Positions 7,984 through 16,314 of a DNA stretch of 32,000 nt are shown piece after piece; positions within the stretch are counted from its first letter, which is position 1, and every line of letters starts with the position of its first letter. The notes beneath the pieces are model-generated. The model was not told where the DNA came from, did no database searches, and worked only from the letters and a program-made list of their open reading frames with translations. A program made the position numbers and the translations under genes. The DNA is from Acaryochloris marina MBIC11017 (GTDB lineage Bacteria; Cyanobacteriota; Cyanobacteriia; Thermosynechococcales; Thermosynechococcaceae), in NCBI RefSeq assembly GCF_000018105.1, contig NC_009925.1, forward strand, positions 5,850,001 to 5,882,000, written 5' to 3'.

Positions 7984-8919
7984 TTATAGTAATAGAGCTA
8001 GAATATTCCTAATGAATTTCCACTTCATGTATGCACTTCTAGAGTCAATTTTTATAAATTTAAAAAGGCTAAAAACATTTCTTGCATTTTTGAATTCTCT
8101 TTTTCTTAAGTAACGTACAGTACCAGCAAGAATAAATTGATGAAAATAATTTGTCTTGCAAAATTCTATAGTATCTACATCTAACCAATGCTCAGCTTTT
8201 ATCCAGTCGAATAATGATATAAGATTTTTCAGGACGGACTCATTGAACATATTCATTGTTAAAGCATCAGCATGAACTGTGTAGTTAGCAGTCGTGAAGG
8301 GTATGCAGAGCAATCCATGGGCATTGAAGATACGAATCCAAAGATGAATATCAGCTATTCCACCTACCGTTTCGTCAAAATAGCCTACTTGTTGAAAGAC
8401 ATTATGTTTTAATATGATTCCCGGAAATCGTACGAAAGAAGAATTAAGTAGTAGTTGCTGAAGCGCGGATTCTCGATCAAGGTATTGCATCTTTGAGAAC
8501 TCTTGCTTTTTCCGTACATGCCCATTAGCCGTCACCACGTTCACGCCAAACAGAAAAGCTGATCTTTGAGGATTTGCTTGTATTGTTTCCAGAATTGTAG
8601 CGATGGCCCCTGTCTCTAAATAGTCATCATCGTGGAGGATCAGTACATACTCTCCTGTCGCCATTTGGACACAGCGATTCCAATTTTTAGCCATGCCTAG
8701 ACTGGGAGAATTGGCTTGATATTGCCAAGGTCCTTGCCAATCGGACAGCAACTCATGGGTAATGTGGCCACACTTATCAATGGTGGAATCATCTGAAATG
8801 ACAATTTCGACTTGAGATTGTTGAGTCTCAGGCGTTGAAAGGATTGAGAATAGTGCTCTTGAGAACCACTGGGGTCGATTGTATGCCGGAATGCAAATAC
8901 TCAGAATAGGGATTGACAT
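7984..8919 (-). CDS. GT2-family (GT-A fold) glycosyltransferase
   Basis: N-terminus ILSICIPAYNRPQWFSRALFSIL, DDS motif (VISDDSTID) and DxD-type LILHDDDY, all typical of family-2 glycosyltransferases. ATG at 8919. Confidence 0.85.
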   Translation of the reverse strand: MSIPILSICIPAYNRPQWFSRALFSILSTPETQQSQVEIVISDDSTIDKCGHITHELLSDWQGPWQYQANSPSLGMAKNWNRCVQMATGEYVLILHDDDYLETGAIATILETIQANPQRSAFLFGVNVVTANGHVRKKQEFSKMQYLDRESALQQLLLNSSFVRFPGIILKHNVFQQVGYFDETVGGIADIHLWIRIFNAHGLLCIPFTTANYTVHADALTMNMFNESVLKNLISLFDWIKAEHWLDVDTIEFCKTNYFHQFILAGTVRYLRKREFKNARNVFSLFKFIKIDSRSAYMKWKFIRNILALLL

Positions 8920-9382
8920 TTGTAGAGCATCTCTACCACATAAAGATGATGCCAGAATAAAAAATTCTAGTTAACAAACTGAGGAATAACCATGTAGACA
9001 TGGAAGATATTTTAACTCCAGTTCAGGACAAGCCTATTTTTGAGCCTCTTCTACGAAAGAATGCCGATTTCAGCCTACGTAAGAATAAGGATTTTAGTTT
9101 ATCCCCAACTCAGGTTATTTTGTACTGACAACATATAGTGTTCACACATCGAGGACTAAAGTTACTCAAGATATAATATCATCTGAATAAATTAAAATGT
9201 TTGCTACAAGATATCAAGTTTAAGCTTTGGTACTGATTGAGTACTTTGTAGGTTTAGGTCAAACTAGTAGACTACAATTGCATAGCCAGTATGTGTAATC
9301 TGGCATCATCGGTGGGAGCAACAATTCATTCTTTGGAATCTTTACGAGATTGAATTATATTTTTTGATTAGGAGATTGACGA

Positions 9383-9727
9383 ATGACGAATGGGGTTGTC
9401 TCTCAGCAAGCCGTGGGGGCATTGGAAACATCTGGGTTGCCAGGGAATCTTTCAATTGCGGATGCCATGATCAAGGCTGGCCGGGTCACTTTAGTGAGTT
9501 ACATCAAGGGCGGTAGTGCTCGATTTGCCATTTGTTTTAGAGGTGATGTCTCCGAAGTGAAGCGGGCTATGGATGCTGGGATTGCTGTGGTGGAGAACAC
9601 CTATGGGGCGGTATTACATACATGGGTGATTATCCCTCGTCCTCATCCCAATGTAGAGCGAGTTCTACCTATCGGTTACCCACCTGAAGTTGAAGAATAT
9701 CGTCTGCAAGCCAATGAAGGGAAATAG
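9383..9727 (+). CDS. ccmK: BMC-H domain shell protein, CcmK-like (carboxysome shell paralog at a satellite position)
   Basis: It aligns by eye with canonical CcmK: AVGALETSGLPGNLSIADAMIKAGRVTLVSY..GGSARFAICFRGDVSEVKRAMDAG...VIIPRPHPNVERVLPIGY versus the CcmK pattern [50 protein letters not shown]...IIARPHENLEYVLPIRY. An AGGAGA Shine-Dalgarno lies 6-8 nt upstream of the ATG. Confidence 0.8.
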   Translation: MTNGVVSQQAVGALETSGLPGNLSIADAMIKAGRVTLVSYIKGGSARFAICFRGDVSEVKRAMDAGIAVVENTYGAVLHTWVIIPRPHPNVERVLPIGYPPEVEEYRLQANEGK

Positions 9728-9813
9728 TGGCAGCTTCTTGCAGTAAATTCAAAATCCAATACAGCTTTCTCTTCAATCTGCTGTCAACAATGTAGTGTTT
9801 TCAGAATTTGGTA

Positions 9814-11388
9814 ATGACGCGTTTAGCCCTCTTAAGTACCTCAGATAAAACTGGGTTGGTTGAGTTAGCCCAGCAGTTAGTCAATGAATATGGTTTTACC
9901 CTGGTAAGTAGTGGAGGGACTGCGGTAACCATAGAAAAAGCTGGATTGCCTGTCACTAAGGTGTCAGACTATACCGGGTCCCCGGAAATTTTAGGCGGAC
10001 GAGTCAAGACTCTTCATCCTCGCATTCATGGTGGGATTTTGGCTCGTCGAAGTTTAGAGTCTGATGTACAGGACCTAACCGAGAACAATATCCAGGGGAT
10101 TGATTTAGTGGTGGTGAACCTATATCCCTTTGAAGAGACCATTGCCAAACAAAAAGCTCAGGGAATCACAGATCCAGACCAAGCATTGGCAGATGCAGTC
10201 GAACAAATTGATATCGGCGGCCCCACCATGATTCGGGCAGCTGCCAAAAATCATGCCCATGTGACCGTGTTATGTGACCCTCAGCAGTATGCGTCTTATT
10301 TACAAGAACTGAAACACGGGGAAGGAGAGACGTCGCTGCCATTTCGACAGGCTTGCGCCCTTAAGGTGTTTGAGCGAATGGCGAGTTATGACCGTGCGAT
10401 CGCAACCCACCTCCGCCAATCCCTAGCTACTACCGATTCCCAAACCCAGCTCTCCATCTTGGGTACAGCCAAACAAACCCTTCGCTATGGTGAAAATCCC
10501 CACCAAAATGCCGTTTGGTATCAAGAAAGCGATACGGCTTCGGGATGGGCTGCTGCTCAACAGCTCCAAGGAAAGGAACTCAGCTACAACAATCTGGTTG
10601 ATTTAGAAGCTGCTCGGCGTGTAATCGCTGAATTTGCTCAGGCCGAAACCCAACCCACGGTAGCGATTCTCAAACACAACAACCCTTGCGGCGTCGCCCA
10701 AGGGGAAACCCTGCTCCAGGCTTATGAAAAAGCCCTAGCCGCCGATTCAGTTTCTGCTTTTGGCGGTATCGTGGCTATGAATCGTGCCATTGATACCGAT
10801 ACGGCCCAGGTGCTCACCAAAACCTTTTTGGAGTGTATTGTTGCCCCTGAGTGTCAACCTGAGGCTGCGGCTGTCCTCCAGGCCAAGTCGAACTTACGGG
10901 TGTTGGTGCTACCGGATTTGGTCAGTGGTCCCGCGGTTACGGTAAAAGCGATCGCAGGGGGGTGGCTGGCCCAAGCCGCTGATGAAACCTTAACGCCCCC
11001 TGCTGATTGGCAGATTGTTACCCAAGCGAAGCCTACTGAGGCTCAGTTAGCGGAACTTCTGTTTGCCTGGAAAGTGGTCAAACATGTCAAGTCCAATGCC
11101 ATTGTGGTGACCAAAGATCACACCACGTTGGGGGTTGGTGCAGGCCAAATGAACCGAGTGGGCTCGGTTAATATTGCTCTGCAGCAGGCAGGGGAAAAAG
11201 CTCAAGGTGGAACCCTAGCTAGCGACGGTTTCTTCCCCTTTGATGACTCGGTCCGCACAGCCGCCGCTGCCGGAATTACGGCTATCATTCAGCCTGGTGG
11301 CAGTATTCGAGACAAAGATTCCATTCAAGCTGCCGATGAACTGGGAATTGTGATGGCCTTTACGGGCACCCGTCATTTTCTCCACTAA
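9814..11388 (+). CDS. purH: bifunctional AICAR formyltransferase / IMP cyclohydrolase
   Basis: Full-length match to the PurH pattern: ALLSTSDKTGLVELA, SSGGTA, GGRVKTLHPRIHGGILARR, VVVNLYPF, IDIGGPTMIRAAAKNH, KHNNPCG, C-terminal SDGFFPFDDSV...IQPGGSIRD...MAFTGTRHFLH. The track start is a TTG at 9808, and the ATG at 9814 (MTRLALLS) is more likely. Confidence 0.95.
   Translation: MTRLALLSTSDKTGLVELAQQLVNEYGFTLVSSGGTAVTIEKAGLPVTKVSDYTGSPEILGGRVKTLHPRIHGGILARRSLESDVQDLTENNIQGIDLVVVNLYPFEETIAKQKAQGITDPDQALADAVEQIDIGGPTMIRAAAKNHAHVTVLCDPQQYASYLQELKHGEGETSLPFRQACALKVFERMASYDRAIATHLRQSLATTDSQTQLSILGTAKQTLRYGENPHQNAVWYQESDTASGWAAAQQLQGKELSYNNLVDLEAARRVIAEFAQAETQPTVAILKHNNPCGVAQGETLLQAYEKALAADSVSAFGGIVAMNRAIDTDTAQVLTKTFLECIVAPECQPEAAAVLQAKSNLRVLVLPDLVSGPAVTVKAIAGGWLAQAADETLTPPADWQIVTQAKPTEAQLAELLFAWKVVKHVKSNAIVVTKDHTTLGVGAGQMNRVGSVNIALQQAGEKAQGGTLASDGFFPFDDSVRTAAAAGITAIIQPGGSIRDKDSIQAADELGIVMAFTGTRHFLH
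10396..10403. repeat. HIP1 octamer GCGATCGC
   Basis: Read directly, inside purH. Confidence 0.95.
10948..10955. repeat. HIP1 octamer GCGATCGC
   Basis: Read directly, inside purH. Confidence 0.95.
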
Positions 11389-11400
11389 TCCCTTCGGGAA

Positions 11401-12777
11401 TCAGACCGTTTGGAGTGATTGCTGCGATCGCAGTCCCTTTTTCTGAATCTGAACAGATTGTTTTTGCCCTAAAGTAACCCCTCGACGTCCAGGCCGAACG
11501 GGCTGTTTATTCAGTAAGGCAAAATCACACTGGGTTAGAAGTGTTCCCAACACAATCTTCATCTCATACTGAGCCAAGGCCGATCCAACACAGCGTCGAA
11601 CCCCTCCTCCAAACGGCAAAAACTCATAGGGAGAAAACTTCTTCTCAAGAAACCGCTCAGGGCGGAACTGTTGGGGGTTGGGGTATAAATCTTCCCGCTG
11701 ATGGATGAGATAAATACACCCCATGATCAGCATGCCGGGATCGAGCTGATAGCCACATAGCTCCATTGGCATCTCCACTCGCCGAGGGAATGTCAGCATC
11801 GCCACGGGATGAATTCGTAGGGTTTCGTTACAGACTGCCGTGAGATAAGGGAGCTTGAGAAATTCAGACGGATCATTTGGATTCGTAACAGCATCCAGTT
11901 CAGCCATCAGCTTACCCTTCACCTCTGGCAAAGAATGGATCCAGTACATTGCCCAAGTCAAGGCTGTCGCCGTCGTTTCATGACCGGCAACGAGTAGCCC
12001 CATCATTTCATCCCGCAGCTCTTGATCAGTCAGACCGTTACCGTCTTCGTCCCGAGCCGCTAACAGTAAAGACAGAATATCGACCCGATCCGGGTCAGGA
12101 TTGGCCCTTCTTTCCGCAATTTCAGCAAACAGTAGTTCATCCGTTTGAGCTGCAATTTTAAGTAGTCGGCCTCCGGGACTCCAGGAACCGTAGTCTTTTT
12201 GTAACCAAGGCAGGAAAACGATGGCAGACGCCAAAGGGGACCCCGTCATATCTAATCGAATCCGCAGCAATTGTTCCAGCTGTTGATAGCGCTCGCCTTG
12301 ATGTAGCCCAAAAACAGCCTTTAGGATGACCTGCATCGTGATTTTTTGCATGATTTCACGGGTATTTCGGGACTCATGCAAAGGCCATTGCGTGATTAAG
12401 TCATTACTAATTTGCTGAATAATTGCCCCATATACGGTGAGTCGCTCTCCATGGAAAGGGGGCAAGACCAATTGTCTTCGGTTTTGATGTTGATTACCAC
12501 TCAGCAACATCATGTTCCTTTTACCAACCAGGGGCTCCAACAATTTGTTGACATCCCCCGGTGAGGTAAACTCCTTCCTCGTATCGTGAGTGAGGATATA
12601 CTGAACAGCTTTGGGATCATTAACCATAATTAAAGGCGCGGAGTTGCCCCAAAGAACACAGGCTTCAAATAGGTCACCGTACCGTTTGAAATTTGTCTTC
12701 ATATAACCCACTGGATCAAAGATCCACTGAGTCGATTGAACGGGCGTCGGTGTTTTGGGAGAAGGCAAGGTTTGCAT
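11401..12777 (-). CDS. cytochrome P450 (possibly the cyanobacterial CYP110-like group)
   Basis: Heme-binding loop FGGGVRRCVGSALA (FxxGxRxCxG), I-helix AGHETT, ETLR K-helix motif (NETLRIHP), PERF (FRPERF). ATG at 12777. The CYP110 assignment is from memory of N-terminal RYGD-type sequences only. Confidence 0.9.
   Translation of the reverse strand: MQTLPSPKTPTPVQSTQWIFDPVGYMKTNFKRYGDLFEACVLWGNSAPLIMVNDPKAVQYILTHDTRKEFTSPGDVNKLLEPLVGKRNMMLLSGNQHQNRRQLVLPPFHGERLTVYGAIIQQISNDLITQWPLHESRNTREIMQKITMQVILKAVFGLHQGERYQQLEQLLRIRLDMTGSPLASAIVFLPWLQKDYGSWSPGGRLLKIAAQTDELLFAEIAERRANPDPDRVDILSLLLAARDEDGNGLTDQELRDEMMGLLVAGHETTATALTWAMYWIHSLPEVKGKLMAELDAVTNPNDPSEFLKLPYLTAVCNETLRIHPVAMLTFPRRVEMPMELCGYQLDPGMLIMGCIYLIHQREDLYPNPQQFRPERFLEKKFSPYEFLPFGGGVRRCVGSALAQYEMKIVLGTLLTQCDFALLNKQPVRPGRRGVTLGQKQSVQIQKKGLRSQQSLQTV
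11424..11431. repeat. HIP1 octamer GCGATCGC (extended palindrome CTGCGATCGCAG)
   Basis: Read directly, in the 3' end of the P450 gene. It is followed on the + strand by TCCCTTTTTC. Confidence 0.95.
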
Positions 12778-12913
12778 AGGTACTGTTCACTTGCATCTGG
12801 TGTGTTATGGCTGCATTCTATCAAAGCTAATTAGATCGGGTAGGAAGTTGATTTTGCTTCATCTCAAGAGATTGAGCGTATAGTAATGAAGTCAAACAGC
12901 CGCACAGGATATT

Positions 12914-13834
12914 ATGAGAATTTCCGGTACTTTTTTGGATGAGATTACCCACGACATTCCATCCAATAACTGGGGAAGAGCCGAATGGGCCGAAGATTTC
13001 CGAATTATGAAATCTATCGGTATTGATACGGTAATTATGATTCGAGCTGGAGTCGGTCGAACTGCGGTTTGTCCCTCCCAGGTACTGTCAGAGCAGGCTG
13101 ATATTTTTCCGGTCTATGAAGATCTAGTGGAGTTGTTTCTAGACCTAGCCGAAGAAAATGAGATGGCCTTTTTCTTTGGCACCTATGATTCGGCAACTCG
13201 ACCGTCGAGGGAGCGCACCTTAGATCAAGAGGTGCAGTTGGGTAAAGACTTTATCGATGAAGTCTGGCAGAAATATGGACATCGGTCCGCCTTTAAGGGC
13301 TGGTATCTCACCTTTGAGCTGGGCAAGATGGAGAAACATCGGGTGGAATGCCTGAGGCAGTTGGGTGCCCACTGCAAAGGGCTTTCTCCGCATCTGCCGA
13401 ATATGATTTCCCCCTATTTACATGGCCGTAAATTAGTCGATGATCCGATCTCCTTGGATCAGCATTGTGAAGACTGGAATGAAATTCTAGGGGTATTAGC
13501 AGGTGCCGTTGATATTGTTGCTTTCCAAGACGGGCAGGTGGATTATGATGACTTGCCGGATTTTCTGAGGGCAAACCGTGAACTCATCACTAAACATGGG
13601 ATGCAGGCGTGGTCCAATGTGGAAAGCTTTGATCGAGATGTTCCCTTTGACTTTCCGCCTCTAGACTGGCGGAAACTGTGGTGGAAAATGCAGGCGGCAG
13701 AACAATCTGGGGTGGAGAAGCTGATTACCTTTGAGTTTTCCCATTTTATGAGTCCCAATTCTTGCTGGCCAGCGGCTAAGAACCTCTTTAATCGCTATTG
13801 TGACCACCTAAGAAAAGCGGGGGAGTTAGATTGA
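12914..13834 (+). CDS. DUF4434-like protein (glycoside-hydrolase-like TIM-barrel family, function unknown)
   Basis: The N-terminus ISGTFLDEITHDIPSNNWGRAEWAEDFRIMKSIGIDTVIMIRAG matches my recollection of the DUF4434 signature (GTFL...DI..NW....W...F..M...GIDTVI). The ORF is 306 aa and intact. Confidence 0.6.
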   Translation: MRISGTFLDEITHDIPSNNWGRAEWAEDFRIMKSIGIDTVIMIRAGVGRTAVCPSQVLSEQADIFPVYEDLVELFLDLAEENEMAFFFGTYDSATRPSRERTLDQEVQLGKDFIDEVWQKYGHRSAFKGWYLTFELGKMEKHRVECLRQLGAHCKGLSPHLPNMISPYLHGRKLVDDPISLDQHCEDWNEILGVLAGAVDIVAFQDGQVDYDDLPDFLRANRELITKHGMQAWSNVESFDRDVPFDFPPLDWRKLWWKMQAAEQSGVEKLITFEFSHFMSPNSCWPAAKNLFNRYCDHLRKAGELD

Positions 13835-13974
13835 ATGTCCGCTTTTGAGGAATTGGGGTAGCTTGCAGCCTCTGGGGGAGTTAAGGGGGATAAGGATGCA
13901 CGCAACCCACGACTCACGTCTAACACGAATAGAAATCTTCTCTCAACCCAACTTAAATCCAGCTTTTAGCCCTT

Positions 13975-14919
13975 ATGTATTTTCGGTTGATATCTAGTGC
14001 AATACTGCTCATCAGCGGGCTGGAAGTACTGGTTTATTACAGTCCTTTGAAATTCCGTTGGCTCCTGGCCCTCCTAGTTGAGCTGTGGCCCTATTGGTGC
14101 GTCATCCCTTGCTTAAGTTTTATCCTGGTCGTCGCCATCCCGAAGCTGCGACAGCAATCAGCTCGCTTGAGTATTGCCACACTCATCCTAATTTTGATTG
14201 TGGCTCCTGTGATTAATTGGGTCGGTCTTCCCCAATTGGGGTCAACTCCTGATGGGATGCGGGTAATGGCTTACAACATCTGGATTGACAATCCCAATAC
14301 CGATGCGATCGCACAATCAATTCAGGGTGAAGATCCAGATATTTTGTTCCTGTCAGAAGTCAGCAAACCCATGATGGCCGAACTGCAATCTCGGCTGAGT
14401 TATCCCCATGACTATCGAACGGAAGGTAGTAATAATGCCCTGTTCAGTCGATATCCGATCCTGGAAGCGACTACGAATGATTTTGGGGTTACGACCAAAG
14501 GCCGAACCTTTAGCCTGGTGGCAAAATTGCAAGTGGAGGGTAACCCAGTAACGATCATTGGGATTCACCCCCCTGTGCCCATCATTCCAGGATTTTTTCA
14601 TATCCGGAATCGGCAATTGGATACCTTTGCCAAAGCCAGTCAATCTATAGAGGGAAAGCTGATCGTTTTAGGGGATTTTAATGCAACCCCTTGGTCACCG
14701 TATTTTCAGCGTTTTGAGCGAATTAGCCAGCTTCAAAATTCAGGTCATCGCCAGTGGATTTGGGCAACGTGGTATTTCAATCAAACCCTGACTACCCGAT
14801 ATATCAAAATCCCTTTGGACCACATCGAAACGCGAGGTTTTACCGTTCTCAAAACCTGGACGGGGCAGACAGGGGGCTCCGATCACAAGCCAATTGTTAC
14901 TGTTCTAGAACCGACCTAG
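13975..14919 (+). CDS. membrane-anchored endonuclease/exonuclease/phosphatase (EEP) family protein
   Basis: Three N-terminal hydrophobic helices (aa ~5-85) are followed by EEP motifs: MAYNIW, DILFLSEV, IIGIHP, VLGDFNATPWS, C-terminal GSDHKPIV. Confidence 0.75.
   Translation: MYFRLISSAILLISGLEVLVYYSPLKFRWLLALLVELWPYWCVIPCLSFILVVAIPKLRQQSARLSIATLILILIVAPVINWVGLPQLGSTPDGMRVMAYNIWIDNPNTDAIAQSIQGEDPDILFLSEVSKPMMAELQSRLSYPHDYRTEGSNNALFSRYPILEATTNDFGVTTKGRTFSLVAKLQVEGNPVTIIGIHPPVPIIPGFFHIRNRQLDTFAKASQSIEGKLIVLGDFNATPWSPYFQRFERISQLQNSGHRQWIWATWYFNQTLTTRYIKIPLDHIETRGFTVLKTWTGQTGGSDHKPIVTVLEPT
14305..14312. repeat. HIP1 octamer GCGATCGC
   Basis: Read directly, inside the EEP gene. Confidence 0.95.
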
Positions 14920-14934
14920 ACAACCACGCGCCTT

Positions 14935-16314
14935 CTAAGCCGCCAACTTTAAGAAGTCTTGTAGCTCTGCAATTAACCACTCATTCTCTAAGTTATCCAA
15001 ATCCCCACTAAACTGATAAGTCTTTAAGCCAGTCCGGATCTGGCAAACTTTGGTTGTGTCCTGCCACGGTAATCGTTTAATAATCCAAGCGACCTGATCG
15101 ATATCAGGGGTTCTACCTGAAGTTTGATACTTGATTCCCAGCAAGGACCAACGAAGCTTAAAGTCGGTTCGATTGATTTCCAAATGGAACCGTCTCATCC
15201 GAAAAATCAGATCAACCCCAAACACAACACCTGTCCCTACAAAAGGGAACGCACAAAATATACAGATAATAAAAGCTGCAATATTATGATTGGCAATTGC
15301 TGACACTTCTGGTGAGAATGGCAACCACAGGATACTACTACCAGCTACCAATAGAACAACACTGAGAAGCGCTTTGATTAAATCATCGAGACTAAGCCAA
15401 GTGATAGGGACATCAATGATCATGCCATCGCCCTTGCGTTCCAACTTGACTCTGCTTCCGGTAGGTTGACGAACCATTCCACTTTTACAGTCTTCAATGG
15501 CTTTTTCACCCTTGAGAACAGCCAAAGCCTCTGCTGCAGATTCAAATCGATCCTCTGGCATGGGAGCCAGCACCATCTCTAACCAATTGGCAAAGGCCGT
15601 AGATACCTCAATCTCATCGCGAAAATCGATTTTAAAGTGATGTTCCGGTAAAGCAGTGGGAGGTCGTCTTGTCAACAAAAATAACAGTGTCCCTGCCAAC
15701 TCATATAAATCCGTCACCGGGGTTGCTTTGCCCCGAAATTGTTCTGGAGCCATATAGCCATAAGTGCCAACCACAGTGCTGCCATAGGTTTCTGAGCCAT
15801 ACTCGCTAACCTGAACCGCTCCAAAATCAACAAGAACAATCTGTTGATTATCCTGCTGAATCAAATTACGAGGTTTAATATCTCGATGAATCACAGGCGA
15901 GGGCAGGCTATGGAGATAAGTCAAAATCTCCAAAACCTGTTCGGCAATCTGTTTGGCTTCTTCTTCGCTAGCTCGCCAACCCTCGTGGACCAAATCGGCG
16001 AGGGAGGTGCCTTCAGCTAGGTTTTGGACGATATAAAACTGCCGATCTTCAGGCAGGTCAACTTGGAAATAGTCGAGGTAACGGGGGATAGCTGGATGAT
16101 CCAACTGAGATAGAATTTGGGCTTCTCGCTCAAACAGTTCTATTTTTTTCCAGCTTTCTGCTTGGCGTAACTTTAGAACTTTTAAGGCTACCTGTCGATC
16201 CGTAAGCCGATCTTTCGCTCGATACGTAATACCACTTCCACCCTGTCCCAAAACGTCTAAAATCTCGTAGCGCTGAGCAATGTGTTCACCGGACTGGTGA
16301 AGTAATAATTCCAT
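14935..16314 (-). CDS. Hanks-type Ser/Thr protein kinase with C-terminal two-helix membrane domain
   Basis: GQGGSGITY (G-loop), VALKVL (VAIK lysine), HRDIKPRNL (catalytic loop), DFG, GTYGYMAPE (activation segment). The C-terminal ~190 aa contain two hydrophobic helices (LIKALLSVVLLVAGSSILWLPF and IAAFIICIFCAFPFVGTGVVFGVDLIF) flanked by soluble segments. Confidence 0.9.
   Translation of the reverse strand: MELLLHQSGEHIAQRYEILDVLGQGGSGITYRAKDRLTDRQVALKVLKLRQAESWKKIELFEREAQILSQLDHPAIPRYLDYFQVDLPEDRQFYIVQNLAEGTSLADLVHEGWRASEEEAKQIAEQVLEILTYLHSLPSPVIHRDIKPRNLIQQDNQQIVLVDFGAVQVSEYGSETYGSTVVGTYGYMAPEQFRGKATPVTDLYELAGTLLFLLTRRPPTALPEHHFKIDFRDEIEVSTAFANWLEMVLAPMPEDRFESAAEALAVLKGEKAIEDCKSGMVRQPTGSRVKLERKGDGMIIDVPITWLSLDDLIKALLSVVLLVAGSSILWLPFSPEVSAIANHNIAAFIICIFCAFPFVGTGVVFGVDLIFRMRRFHLEINRTDFKLRWSLLGIKYQTSGRTPDIDQVAWIIKRLPWQDTTKVCQIRTGLKTYQFSGDLDNLENEWLIAELQDFLKLAA

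Noticed and set aside
11389-11400. Mini-hairpin TCCC-TTC-GGGA between the purH and P450 stops as a terminator
   Set aside because: It has only a 4-bp stem with a 3-nt loop and no U-tract, which is too weak to call.
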